A stretch of DNA of 63,071 nt, the filler included, from Lenisia limosa (lineage: Eukaryota; Protista; Breviatea): NCBI GenBank assembly GCA_001655205.1. It is 7 parts of 7 records of this genome, joined end to end, with 100 filler letters (N's around TTAATTAATTAA, not from the genome) between each part and the next. Parts side by side here need not be neighbours in the genome. Positions count along the whole stretch, not along the records: positions 1 to 27,307 come from LPNZ01011260.1; positions 27,408 to 41,411 come from LPNZ01003574.1; 5 more parts are not named here. One strand, given 5' to 3'. Position numbers and translations under genes: made by a program. Under the pieces are notes generated by a model. The model saw only the letters and a list, made by a program, of their open reading frames with translations, ran no database searches and was not told where the DNA came from. Positions 25,302-38,801 of the stretch are shown one piece after another (position 1 is the stretch's first letter; each line of letters opens with the position of its first letter).

Positions 25302-27116
25302 CTATGCTCTGCCCCTCTCTTCTCGAAGTTGCCTCTCAAGATCCGCCATTCTTGCCCTGTCGAGGTGAAAAATGCCAAGTGTCCAATCCAAAGACAAATA
25401 AATAAAGTAATTTTTCTGCCTAATATGAAGACAAATAATATGAACCTGACCCTCCATCACCAAACGTCAAATATGATACTTGACTCGGCTTTATAATACT
25501 CAATACAGCCCTCCTCCATAATATCCTTGTATCCCCAAAACAGCATCAACAGACCCCTAACCCCCACACCATTTCCAAAAATGCGCCACCCCTCCTCCTG
25601 ACTAAAAAAACTCTGGTTTTCAATGGAATATGCTCTTTCTTCAACTGTGCGATTACCACCCCTCCCCTCCCCCACGCTAAATAGGCACAGTCGGCAATAG
25701 AACTGTCTAGGAGTCCCCTGAATCTTGCTTCAACTTTCACTCGTTCATCCTGAAGGAGGGGGGGGGGGGTAAAACGGNNNNNNNNNNNNNNNNNNNNNNN
25801 NNNNNNNNNNNNNNNNNNNNNNNNNNNNNNNNNNNNNNNNNNNNNNNNNNNNNNNNNNNNNNNAACTCTATCAGCTAAAAGCACACAAGGGTCAAAACAA
25901 ACAAATGCCGGAGTTTTTAAAGAACGTTGTTCACTGCTTGTACTATATACAATGACAGGGATAAGTCTTGACCTATTTTCTTTGGAAATCACAAAGCAGA
26001 TCGGTCAAGACTTATCTAGGTTACTGTACATATTACATATATGTATGCTATTAGATACGACAACTCTCACCTCATAAAACTGCCTGTACTGCCTGAAGAT
26101 CTGAAAGTACTCCAATTGCTGTTTTTCCGCCTCCTTTGCGAACCGATCAGAGTCATTTTCCATTTCAATTTCCATGTGGTTGGACTGGGGGGTGGGGTAA
26201 ACGCAGTAACTTTCGATGAATAATAGCGTAAGGGATAAATCATGAACCTAAGAGATGAACACATCTCAAAAAAAAAGGGTGATGATAAAGAATCAAAAAA
26301 GGGGGCTTTGGTTTCGTTTCCATTTCAACTCCAGGACTGAGGGAATGGGAGTGATCAAGAAATGGAATCTGTGAGAAAAGGGCAACAAGAAAAAAAAACA
26401 TGGGGTTGAGAGANNNNNNNNNNNNNNNNNNNNNNNNNNNNNNNNNNNNNNNNNNNNNNNNNNNNNNNNNNNNNNNNNNNNNNNNNNNNNNNNNNNNNNN
26501 NNNNNNNNNNNNNNNNNNNNNNNNNNNNNNNNNNNNNNNNNNNNNNNNNTAATAACTGTGTCGGTCTTTTCTGCCCTGTTAATCCAACCTGTTCAGTCAA
26601 CTGCGCAACTTTCTTCTCAAGCAAATCCTGAAACAATTAATAAAAAAAGCAGGAATCTCCCACTCCCCCACAAAAATCGAGAAAAAAAAAGAGAAAAANN
26701 NNNNNNNNNNNNNNNNNNNNNNNNNNNNNNNNNNNNNNNNNNNNNNNNNNNNNNNNNNNNNNNNNNNNNNNNNNNNNNNNNNNNNNNNNNNNNNNNNNNN
26801 NNNNNNNNNNNNNNNNNNNNNNNNNNNNNNNNNNNNNNNNNNNNNNNNNNNNNNNNNTCGCTCGAGATAATTCAAGCTCCAATTGGGTGTACTCATCAAT
26901 ACTGACTTGTTGCCCGGCATTATAACGATTCTCAGCTTCCTTAAAAGGTAAGTATATGTAAGCTTCTATAAAAGGGCAAGTCACATTTTGAAGTATGATG
27001 TACGAACGAACCTTCATGATTTTGTCTTTTTCTCTCTCCAGCTCCTCTCGCATTAGCTGCTTCTCCATCTCCAGCTTTGTAGAGTGTTCCTCCTCGACCT
27101 TCCTCCTTTCATCATC
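25302..27116 (-). CDS. Coiled-coil protein, 5' end truncated by the scaffold end
   Basis: Exons DDERRKVEEEHSTKLEMEKQLMREELEREKDKIMK, EAENRYNAGQQVSIDEYTQLELELSRA, DLLEKKVAQLTEQ, HMEIEMENDSDRFAKEAEKQQLEYFQIFRQYRQFYE, DERVKVEARFRGLLDSSIADCAYLA and ARMADLERQLREERGRA*. Confidence 0.65.
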
Positions 27117-27307
27117 CTAAAGTATGTCAATTCGACTCTTCTTCAACAGATTGGACGGAAAATATGAGAGTTATATAAAGCGTGTGACGGGGTGGGGGTC
27201 ATGAGAAAGGTCCCTTTGTGAGGCTCTGCAAAATTTACTATGTTGTATGTGGGTCTTATTGTGCGGGGAGAGGGTTGAACAGATTGAACGGGGTCATTAT
27301 GAAATAA

Positions 27308-27407
27308 NNNNNNNNNNNNNNNNNNNNNNNNNNNNNNNNNNNNNNNNNNNNTTAATTAATTAANNNNNNNNNNNNNNNNNNNNNNNNNNNNNNNNNNNNN
27401 NNNNNNN
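27308..27407. other. Artificial scaffold linker (44 N + TTAATTAATTAA + 44 N)
   Basis: Exact 100-bp spacer with six-frame stops. Identical linkers lie at 41412-41511, 47140-47239, 50015-50114, 51316-51415 and 55096-55195. Confidence 0.97.
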
Positions 27408-27874
27408 AATGGTTGAACAAAGGCTTGATTCTTTAGAGTCGGAATCTCGTCCCCCAAGAATGCAAACAGTGTCCGAAAAACTTGAGTTCGTCTTCTTTGA
27501 TAAAAACTAAATAGGTTACCCAAAACAGTCATCCCCTAAGTACCCCTCCCTCATATCCAAAACATCCAAAGGAACAATGTTTAAAAGAACCTAACTGTCA
27601 TCAAATCATAAAAGTTCGCAACATGGCATTACAGAAAAGTAGATTTGAAGGGGGAAATTATTTAAAATGGCCGAGAAAGGCGTAACTAGACAGAAAAGAC
27701 TGGCTCTAGCGTTGTCTTTCCTCACAAATAATATGTATATACAGTGACTGGGATAAGTCTTGACCGATTTGCTGTAAGAAAAATCGGTCAAGACTTATCC
27801 CGGTCAGATATATATCATATATATAGAAATTGTGACTTCTCCATCTCACCATCGAACCAATTTTGTCAATGCAG

Positions 27875-30800
27875 GTGATGATCAGCAAGCTTCTCTTTTG
27901 ATAAGGAGTGAAAACACACGAATAAGTTTGCTCTAAAGAAATTGTAAAAGAGACAGGAACACCATAGGACACTTCTGGTTTGGAATTGCCAAAAAACATC
28001 TGGACTACAGGTTATAAATATTATAAACCCCTAGATTATGAACCTTTATCATCTAGTACTAGTAGTACAGTTCTGGAACAGGGCTGAAACCTGGCTGAAA
28101 CTCTCAAAACAATATAACACAGTCCACAAATCCTCAGATGAAATCCGGTGTGGGGGGGGGGGGTAAATAATTACCCTATTATTGCCCTATTACTGCTATT
28201 TTCCAGTTTACCAAATCTTTTGTCTATATACGGTTGCGTCCCGAGAGAACCAACACGAGAAACCCCCTTTATCCCTCGGAACTTCACACTATTTTTGTAT
28301 ATTTGACGAATTTTAATGACCTTCTGAAATGACAGCGAAAAATTGGTCAGCTAGTGTTCGCAAGAGATATTATGAAGGACAACTGCTTGCAAAGTTTGAA
28401 GACATCTGGAATTCGTCGCATTCTGCTCTTCTGAGGAGTCATACCAAGGAGAAGTTTGCTCAAATTGCTTGTGAATTAAGAAAACGAGATGCTGGTGTTG
28501 TTGGAGGAGTCGACCATTACCTCTCTGTGAAGGGGGCTGGAGGATGTAGGCCCCTTTCTTTCCCTTCTTCTTTTTCTAACACATTTTTTTAAATATAGGG
28601 CCTCAAGGAAGCTACTCGGATATAGGGTAGGTGTAAACAAGGTAATCTCATATAATTAGAAGGGACTTCTTCTGGGCCTGTGACTACTTCCATGAGTACT
28701 ACAAAGACAAAGAAAACGTTATCCGGGTTGGCTAGGGTGGAAGCAATAAGAAGCATGAGAACAATTAATCGGACTCATTGTGAAGGTGTACGCAAACAAG
28801 GATTGTGTTGTGCACGTTGTTGGAGACACTCATGGCTGCTACAACTGCTTCCAAACCGCTGTTTTTGACCTTGGGCTGGAAAAGGGCAACAAGTCAGGGG
28901 GTTGCTGAATTTATTTATTTTCATTTTCAAGCTAACATCACTAGTTAATGTGTCTTGCGTATTGTTTTTTGTCCGTCTGATCATACAGGGTGATTTTCAA
29001 TGGGGATTTTGTTGATCGCGGAACTCGCAGTATGCAGATCATTGTGCATATGGCACAACTTTCAGTAAGTGGAATGGAAACTTAACCATACGTTATTGTG
29101 CATCATTAACTCAAGAAAATTATTGATTTCCAACATTAATTGTTTCAGCAAGCGTTTCCTGGACAAGTCCATCTGAACCGAGGCAATCATGAATGCATTT
29201 CACAGTCTATCGCGCCTGGAGGTATCTTTACCTCTTTCACTTTCTAATTTCACATCTTAAGGCGTCAAGCACGAGTTGAGAAATACCTATGAAACTGACA
29301 CGGATTATGTTCATGCGATTATGTGTCTTGTAGGCGGTTGATTTTTCATACACTGTGAACAAAGTAATTTGATGAGCATTATGATGTTTTTATTTACGTG
29401 ATAATAGAATAGTCGTTTTTTGTTGTCCCGAAAGATTTCTGTCCACTTGGAAAATCACTGTCAACTTACCTTTTGCAGAAGTTCTACAAAATACTGCCTT
29501 TGGCGCATGTGGTAGATGATGATTTCTTTGTTGTTCATGCTGGTATCCCCCGCGATGTATGTTTTTGAAAGGAATCCAGTATCGTCGGCCTATTATTTTT
29601 TATATATTTTTTTATCCTTCTTTTATGTACCCCCCCCCCCCTCCTGATATATCTACTTAAAACAGGCTCTCAAATCAGAAAAGTGGCTCTTTTGAAGTGC
29701 AAAATCTGTCTAACAGTCCTTCCTTGAGATGAATATGTTTATTGTTCGCTTTTTATTGATATTCACCTTTATTCAATTTTGAAAGAAGTAAAAATTGAAG
29801 ATTTCTTCATGACGTTTACTTTGCGTAATTTTTCTAACATCATCAGAAACAATTGTCTGATTTGAGATCTTGCTAGGTATTTTCCGAGACAATGCTATTA
29901 GTCACACATATGAACACCTTATTTTTACACTCACCTTCCGCCCTCCTTTCCTATCTGTTTCCCCGTACGTTATGGTTGTTAAAGTTTAGACTACCCTCCG
30001 CATTGCAGACCTCAATGAACTCGACAGATTTCATCCCCTGGCTGAAAACTCCAATAACAGTGGGGGGGGGGGGGGNNNNNNNNNNNNNNNNNNNNNNNNN
30101 NNNNNNNNNNNNNNNNNNNNNNNNNNNNNNNNNNNNNNNNNNNNNNNNNNNNNNNNNNNNNNNNNNNNNNNNNNNNNNNNNNNNNNNNNNNNNNNNNNNN
30201 NNNNNNNNAGAGGTAACTATGTTGGGGGGAGGGATCGTTATTTTTATTTTCTTTTTTGATTGTTTATTGTGATGGGTTATGTGAATCTCCGGAGCTTCAC
30301 TGTAACTGTTTTAGGGGCAATGGCTGACCTCCTCTGGAGTGACCCATCCCTCAGCAGTAAACGCGTATCTCCGAGAGGACCGTCATCGTTAGTGGATTGT
30401 CCGATTGTTTAAAAATGATGCACCATACCTAGGGGCTAGAAAAAGGTATACATGCATGCTATTGATATTTCAGGGCTCTCTTTACTGAAGTGATGACAGA
30501 ACTCTTTCTCAGTAAAAATAAATTAAGTAAGCTGGTGTGTTTGTTTAAGAATTGACCATTATCGCACCTTTTGGTCCTCTAATGACCCAGTCGGTATCAT
30601 CAGGTCCCATGAAATGTGTATGAGAGGACTCAAAATTGACCATTCTGGAAGATGCTTGACCGTTATATCCCATTGCCCTCCTCAGGATGTAAGTGGACGC
30701 AGGTAATGACATATTTGTCAACTTAATAGTGTGGATGTATCACCCGCCATTGAAATGTTCTGATTCTTTAGAATGTAAGTGGTCACACCGTTCTTACCAT

Positions 30801-31315
30801 TCGTAAGAAGTCGAACCGCTCCACAGTCATGGCCCATGACTATCCTCAAATTCGGTGGGTTGGACATACTCTCCCTAAATCCGGAAATCTATGAATCTGT
30901 AATTTTTGTGAGTTTTGTGTTTTGTCCAATTTAATTTGAACTTTATTCTGTTTTTTTTTGTCATTGACAACCACTCAGACACTCTGAAGGTTCTCGAAAT
31001 CACTTCAGGAAAAATGGAATGACTGAAAAAGAAGTAAGTTCCTGTATCAGGTTCCTTTTTGACTTTTAGATTGACAACCTACGACTCAATATTCTACCCA
31101 AAGAATACAACCCCAGTTTAGATCGTATATTCAAAATTTACACGACCGTTGACCAGAAAATGACGCGACATGTTGCAACATACCCTCACGATGGATCGAA
31201 GCCAATTGTGAACCACAGTCTTCTTTTCCGCTACTCCCCGAAGTTCCGCTTAGAGATGGCGAAAAGGCTGGCTGCCCAGAAGGCTAGTTCGTCTTCCTCC
31301 GATTCTTCTCCGTAG
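27875..31315 (+). CDS. PPP-family Ser/Thr protein phosphatase, PP5/PPEF-like, multi-exon; start uncertain
   Basis: All core motifs are in frame across exons: VVGDTHG, VIFNGDFVDRG, HLNRGNHE, LPLAHVVDDDFFVVHAGI, DLLWSDP...SPRG and IIRSHE. An upstream exon FWNRAETWLKLSKQY looks TPR-like. Stop TAG at 31313-31315. Confidence 0.88.
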
Positions 31316-31532
31316 GCAAGAATGTGTATCTTCGGTCGAAAAGAATGATGTTTTATATCTGACTATTTTAGAAGTCCATCCCCATCCCCAGTTTAATTTC
31401 TGTTTCTTGTTTCTCGGTATTCGTTCTTTCATTTCTTGTTGTAATTATGGTTTGTTTCTGGTTTGTACATTTAGGTCTCGGTATTAACAGAGATTGATGG
31501 AAGCATCGTGATGGTACATAAAAACCTCCCTT

Positions 31533-34062
31533 CTACTTTCCATCTGCAATATCCTGCAAATCAAGCAGGAAATCATTCACCACTAAAATCTGAGGCTCAG
31601 CGCTGTGGGCCTAAAATGGATTAAGAAAGGCTGTTGAAAGGTATCATAAATTTTCTTGCCCTCAAAGCAAAAATGCACACAATTTCAAGTATATTGAAAT
31701 AAATGCATTACTTACAAAATAGATTGAAGAAAAGCCCACATACCAGCACCTGGCCTCCGGTGTGACCAAGAACACGGTGATACAAATTATCAACAGCCCT
31801 GAGCGGTGACAAAGCATATTTGTATGAAAACATGCATATATGATCGTAGGGAAGTATTTTGGCCCAGGTTATGTTCTTTTATGTCCGGAATATTGACAGC
31901 TAATTTTTATCATTTTGTTGATATCACCAAAAAAATACAATGGAAGTCACACTTGTGCAAATGTATGCACAAATCAAACAAGTCCCACATCCTGATTTGT
32001 CCCAAAGCAGCAGTTTGTGACGATAAGGCGTTCATATCTGCTTCTGCAGTTGCTTCTCGTTCTGCAACCTGAAAATACATTAATTAATGTATGATACTAA
32101 AATAACTAGACAGGAGTATATCAGGGATTCACAATGAGAAAGAAGCCCACTTACCAACGTTCGAAGGCCATCCAGTGACCTCCGTGATTCAGCAATTGTG
32201 TTATTGTTGGCAAGGGCCTGGTTTGTTCTTTCCTAAATAAAATGAGAAAATCTTATCATGTTTCTGTATTCTTGTGACGTTCTATCAAACATCAAACATG
32301 CTGTGTGGAAAATTAGGATTGTTGGTAAGTCTTACAAGAGTTTTCTGAAGGATATTTGATTATGTCGGTCAAGACTTATTACGATCACTGTATTATCATA
32401 TTGTATTATTATTGGTTATACTACCGTACATGCATATGATACATATCACTTGCGTATTATACATTGTAGATCACACTATTACTACAATACTATTATGTAC
32501 ATTTTAAGCATAGAGTAATCGTTGATAGGAATCCGACCATATTAACTGAATCTTTAATATTACGTCATTCCGTGAATTGACGGTAAAAATCTCGATCAAA
32601 ATACTATAATATCGACTTGGGCTTTTATTGAAGTTTACTCATTCAAAAAGAGCCAGTTTTACTGTGATAATAATGTGATACCTAAAGAATGACTGAAAGA
32701 GTGCAAGTACCCCCATCCTAGGAAATCATTAGGGTACCCATTAGACAAACATTTGTTATTTTAACAACTATATATAAGTCATCACCCAATCATTTGCCTT
32801 ACAGTACACACAGCTTTCTACGTGCCTCCCCAGCATACGTTATACATCTTTCATTGACTGTTAGGCAATACAATAGTCATACCCACCTGCACGTAGCCCT
32901 CAAGTTCTCTTCGGAGGGCCTCAATAGACTCGGTAGACGCTCGAGCCTGCTTCTGCAACTGGCTGTTGGCAGCCTCTAATGTGGCGTGTCTGCATCATGA
33001 ATCAGATTGCAGGCAACGAATTGGCGGTAACATGATAGATCTCACCTTTCCATAAGATGGCGGATTTCAGGATAATCATCTCCTGTTTCAACAACATTCT
33101 CCAGATACTCCTGGTAGAGCATGTCTAATAGTATTAGACTTATTTTTAAAGGTAAATGGTCACTCTAAATCAAAGTTGACTCTCACAAACATTTATCAAG
33201 AATGCTGACAAGCTTTGCCTTTCGGTTGAGAGACTGTTCGTACAAAAGCCTAAGTTCGGACACTTCTGTTTCTTTCTGCAACCTAGCCCGGATTTCATCC
33301 TATTCGGTCACCAAACAAAAAGCCTTTTTTGGCACACAGCAAAGATTTCTTCGTTAAGCTACCTTGATCTCCCGTTTTTAAAATTGAGTTGTCCCACCAA
33401 CCTGGCTCTTTTTGTCTGCTCGTGCCTTTTTGGCATCGTTTTCCTGCATTGTGAAATATGCCATGAAATCTTGAGATTGGCACAATCTCAAAACAAGAAA
33501 ACTGAAAGGAGAAAGATATCATTTGTACATATCAGCATATGATATATTCAAAGGCGTTACTACTCTCGTACAACTCAGCTACAACAGTGACCATAGAAAG
33601 TTTCGAGCAATTTTCATTAGGAAATCGTAGCAAATCGGTCAAGACTTAACAAGAGTCTGCGTATCCATGGCACACCTTCAAAAACTTGTCAAACTTAATA
33701 AGACTCTCTTGAAGGTCAGCGTTTCTCTTATGCAGCGCCTCCTCCCTCTTCTTGACATTCTCTTCACTTTGGTCGAACTCATCCTTTTGTGCCTCCAAAG
33801 CTGCTTGAACCTCAAACTAAACTGTGAGTATCACTAGGGCTACAGTGCTATGAACAACCATTTCACGCCTCTTCTCTAGCAATCGGGTTGCCTCAGAAAT
33901 GTGGTCCAGGTTCAGTCTGGCTGGGCCCAGCCTGAATTGTCAGAAATGCCCTCTTCAACCATAAGTCCAAAAATTAGATTAAAGGAGCAAAGAGGTAACG
34001 GAATCAAATAAAAATAAACGTTTGGCAAACTTGAGAGGGACATTGATCGGAACAGGGTCCAT
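31533..34062 (-). CDS. CFAP73: CCDC42/CFAP73-family (DUF4200) cilia/flagella-associated coiled-coil protein
   Basis: Exons LDHISEATRLLEKRREM, FEVQAALEAQKDEF...LQESLIKFDKFLK, ENDAKKARADKKSQ, KYMLYQEYLENVVETGDDYPEIRHLMER, HATLEAANSQL, LGQIRMAVDNLYHRV and NDFLLDLQDI match the family signature motifs. CCDC42 and CFAP73 cannot be told apart by eye. Confidence 0.82.
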
Positions 34063-34129
34063 TTTGAAGGCCCAAGATCAATGAAGTTTATTTGGCAATA
34101 GCTGTTTGTTAGGTTATTAGCCTAGGAGG

Positions 34130-37100
34130 TCACAGAGGTCCTTCTGATTCTGAAGTTTGCAGAGTTTTGGTTTTGGTTTCTGGTTTTCTGATAGAGTATT
34201 TTTTCCCATGGGGTGTACCAATGTTCCCGGCACTCGTCCTCGACCTCTCGACCGCGGTGCCTCTGAAAATCACTTGACGCCCTGGTGACCCAGGGGACCG
34301 GGGAACTTCTTTCTTTTTCAATGACACCAGGTGAAGATCATTTACAGTTTTTCAAAATTTCAAAACCCTCAGTAAAGTAAGGGTCCGCGGTTCACTGCGG
34401 TTATGATTTTTGTGCCAGGCCTCCTTAATATCATAATATAATATAACATTTAGTAAATATAACAATGAGAAATAAAGATGTATCTGGCCGAAGCCTCATA
34501 TTAATTTTCCAATCCCCCGCAGTGTTTGTTCAGTTCGGCAGTAGAACTGGTGGGGCGATATTTGTCCTCTGCATAAGCATATCATAGCGCAATCACTCAG
34601 TTCCTCAGTTCCCAATAAATAAATAAATGATTTCGAGAAATGACAATTAGAACACACTTTAGATATCCAAAGCTTCATCGTCACTCTCAGGCTAGATACT
34701 AATGAGAGGAGAGGGAAATCCCAAAAGAAACCAATCTGCTTAAGTTTTTAAATTAATTCAAGAATATCATATGATATGTAAAATGAAATGAAAAGTAATA
34801 ATCAGGCTGAAAAGTAATGAAAATATACTGAGAATGGGCTCACCATTTCTTCCAACTCTCTCAGTCGTTTCTCTTCCTCAGCTCTAAACTTTTCTCTCTC
34901 AGCAGCTGCAGTTGGTCAGAAAAAGAAAATAGGGAACCAAATACAAGTGATCATTGGCTTCAAAAATAGTGCGTTTAAACTATCAAACATTAATAAAATA
35001 GTTTCCAAATATTTCTTTCCAAGTATTGGTTGTTTTATATTGTCGTTAATGGGGTCATTGTTGACAGTTTTTGTTTTTTCGAAAAAAGTAATGTGCAGAT
35101 TTTTACTTAAGCTTTCATATCAAAGAAATATCAGTTTTCAAGAAGCTTTGGGGTGATCAGTTTCTTCCTGATCGGTCGAAGGTGTGCTTCCTCTCAATGT
35201 TCTTCTTTTTGACCTTTTTAGAGTGAAAATCGTATTCGAAGACAGTTCAAGATGATTCATTCTTTCCTTTGTCCCGTTAAGTTTATGCTTCTAATAGTTC
35301 GATTAAAGCGACAAAATAACCCCAAAACGAAACATGTGACTTTCTCATTTTTGTTTATGATACCTCATATCCGTATGGTTTCAATGATACTCTGATACAC
35401 CCGGGATGAACCCTCGTGGTATCTTCGCAACGCGCCTCCCCCCCCCCCCCAANNNNNNNNNNNNNNNNNNNNNNNNNNNNNNNNNNNNNNNNNNNNNNNN
35501 NNNNNNNNNNNNNNNNNNNNNNNNNNNNNNNNNNNNNNNNNNNNNNNNGTTTAAAAAAATACCAAAAAAATATTTGATAAAAAAAACGAATTTATATTTG
35601 ATAATTTTATCGCCCTCATGCACTCACCTAGAAGTTTCCTATTACGGTCCAAAGCATCCATTTCTGCCACTACCAGCGGTCGATAATGCTCTCGTAGCAC
35701 CTGCTGGGATAAGGATGTCCAACAATAAATTCAGCCACCTGTATTTTTTTCATGGGGAACGACCCAATTCGCTTCTTGCTGAAGGCTCCCTGCAAATAAA
35801 ATAGTAACAAAATTTGTTAAATGTGGATATGGCGGAGTGAATTGTGTTATTTAAGGATATTCCAGAGGGACGAAAGAGGCTTAATATGGCAAATGTCATC
35901 ATATTTTATATGAAATAAAGCAATATTTATGAAAAACGTCTATTTATAAACGTTTCCTTTCTTTCCCCTCCCTTTTTACCCCCCTGTCCCCTTTGTCCCG
36001 TAAAAGATTCATGATATTAGCATAAAATATGATATAATATATTTGAAAATTTGGTCGTTTTAAAAAAATATGACGAATTTCCCGAAAAAAAAAAGACATT
36101 TCTAATTTCCCAAGGGTATATTATGATAGTTTATTATGTCATATGATATGATATATTATACCATTCATATATATTCTGATACAAAACTACTAAATAACAG
36201 CGAAAACTGAAAGAAGTTTTATTCATTCATTTTTATAACACCACTCACATCCAAAAGGTCAGTGGGGTCTGTAAAACGAGATGGGGCTTTTGAAATGAGC
36301 TGAAAAGGTGAAACTTGCCAAATATGATGAAAGGATAAGTATGATGGAAGAGTATGCTGGTGAGGTACGCAGAAAGTCTTGTGCAAATGATTGGTGAAAT
36401 ACACTATAATCCAATATATCTTGTAAGCGTGATGGTATTTCCCATCTCTACGTAAGTTAAACATTATCAAAATGATGAAAAAACACAGATGAAACAAACC
36501 TGGAAAGCGGTTCCCATGTCAGTTGCCTTCATCAACTCACCCTCAATCTTAACATTAGCAAAAACAAAAAATCATTACAAAAAAGGTGCGAAAAGGATAT
36601 TCAAGGATAACCTTCAAACCGATTTAAATAGTTTACTAACTGCCTACATGTGCAATAATGGACACAGCCACACGGAAGAGTACTTTGATTCCTTCGCAGA
36701 AAAATGCATCCCATACGCGGATTGCAACCTATTATACATTAGAGAGACACCTTACAGTTAACAGCAAAGATGAAATCCCCCAAAACAAATAACTAATAAT
36801 AACAGTCAGGGTAAGGATATCCGATCGGCCAGCTCACAGGGACTGGTAAAACGTTCGCGTAGAGCGTCAAAAACCATGCCGACGTGATGAGCTGCAAATC
36901 AAGGCCAAGACTTTCCAAATGCGGTATCAGCTGACTTGTCAGTATCGATAGCACAACAACAGAACTCTAGCTATGTAGATGTAGTTCGGAAATTCAACTG
37001 GACTATACTCTAAATTCTTCATAAAAGCGTATGGTATCATAAAATTTCAATATTGGTTTTCAGGATTACTAGACTCGTCCACCCACAAGAGGGAACTTCC

Positions 37101-38480
37101 ACTTGATAATGCCTCTCAACACTTTCTGGTCAACGTGTGCGCCAAGAAGTTGTGTGGAGTATGTGTCGGCGGGAAGAATGTCTTCAAAAATGGCACAAAG
37201 TGTCCAAAACGCATCCTAAGGAGTAAAAGGATGCAACTCTGAACATATCATTAATCCTCAAAGTTTTAGTTTCAAGGGAAAAAAGAACAACCTTTCTCAC
37301 CTCCTCATCAAGAACCAAGAGAAGCAGAGCTGCAATATAGTTCATGCTCTGCGCGTAGCCAACTTCCGGCCGTCTGTCTGAACACACCCTCAACACCCGT
37401 CTTCTCGTTAGTTCTAACATAAAAAAAACAAAGCCAGTCAAGCCACAAACTTCACTCACCTTAAACTGGCGAGAAACTCAGGAGTATTTACAATTGAATG
37501 GGTTGGGAATGTTCGTGAGATATCCTGGACTATAAGAAGTACCGAACTTGTGATAATAATGCACCCCAAGCCAACCAATTCAATCTGCTCAGTACTCTTT
37601 GTCTGGTCCATTTTGGTCTCAAGAACTTTCAGTGGATAATAGTCACTAAGTTGATGAAAGGGAAATATTATCAAGAACAATCCATTAACAAACTCGCAAA
37701 GTGCGTAAAGATTTGATTTTCTTTGAAGGCTGATACTAAATTGACCCATTTTACATAATCTCCCTTCTCACGGGCTCAATCCTTGAAGGGCCAAACCTCC
37801 ACTCAAAATAGGCCAAATCTAATTGGTGACTTGACGCTATAACATAATATCATAATATATACGCTCTTGCGCCAAAACCCCAACATTTTTGGTGTATCCC
37901 GTCACTTCTGAATTTTGGAGAAATAAACATGAAATTTTTGTTTTTTCTGCTTCATATATACATAGTATATATCATATATAGATAATATATAATATCATAT
38001 ACTATATCATATGGTTAAGAGAATTTCTGAAATCAAAAAACTACGGCGCTGTCAACTTGCGAGCGGACTTGCCCATATTAGTGGTCCTTAACTCTAAGTA
38101 AACAAAATTTCTTTTTCTGAAATCAGGCCCACCTGTGAACGGAGAGGATGAGGAATACCTCTGCGAGCCAAAGGCTTAGCCATCGCCTTGTCCAGCTTCC
38201 ATAAGGGGTTCGGGAGAACTACCTTCCACTGATTTGTACTGATTTGGATAAGAACTAGAATTAGACATACGTTTCGTCCGCCTTTGGAATGACATTGTTT
38301 GCGCTACGCAGGTCTTGGCGAACATTGTCTCCTGTAAGAGGGAACCCAAGAGGACAGACTCTCCTCGCAGAAAGCTGGAACTAAAAAATAAAGAGGAACA
38401 CATTGTCAAGAAGCGACAGATCCCCATCCTACTCCCTCTTGGTCATCATCCGGTCCTAAATTAAGGGGATCTAGTTCCAT
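34130..38480 (-). CDS. TBC-domain Rab GTPase-activating protein (GRTP1/Msb3-like)
   Basis: Exons give LARRGIPHPLRSQ, IELDISRTFPTH, LRRVLRVCSDRRPEVGYAQSMNYIAALLLLVLDEE, HLESLGLDLQLITSAWFLTLYAN and IRVWDAFFCEGIKVLFRVAVSII. The low-complexity C-terminal exons and exact 3' end are less certain. Confidence 0.88.
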
Positions 38481-38801
38481 TTTCATAATATCGCAAGATG
38501 AAAAGGAAAGGATTGCTCAAAACTTACACTGTGCACTGTCTTTACTTTTTGTTCTGCTTTAATAATCAAACACTAAATAGCAAATAAATGATGCAAGGAC
38601 GAGCAAAGGACGAGGAGTTGTGGTTTCGTGGTTGAAAGAGCTTATGCTTATCGGAGGAATTATGCCCGGTGCGTACCGGGAACTCGTGTCTACGACACTG
38701 AAAAGGAATTTAGTAAGTAGACACTAAGTAGCACCTAAGTAGATACTGTAGAAGCAGTGTAGAAAAATATTATGAAGTTAAAGGGACTACCCCCCTTTAT
38801 A

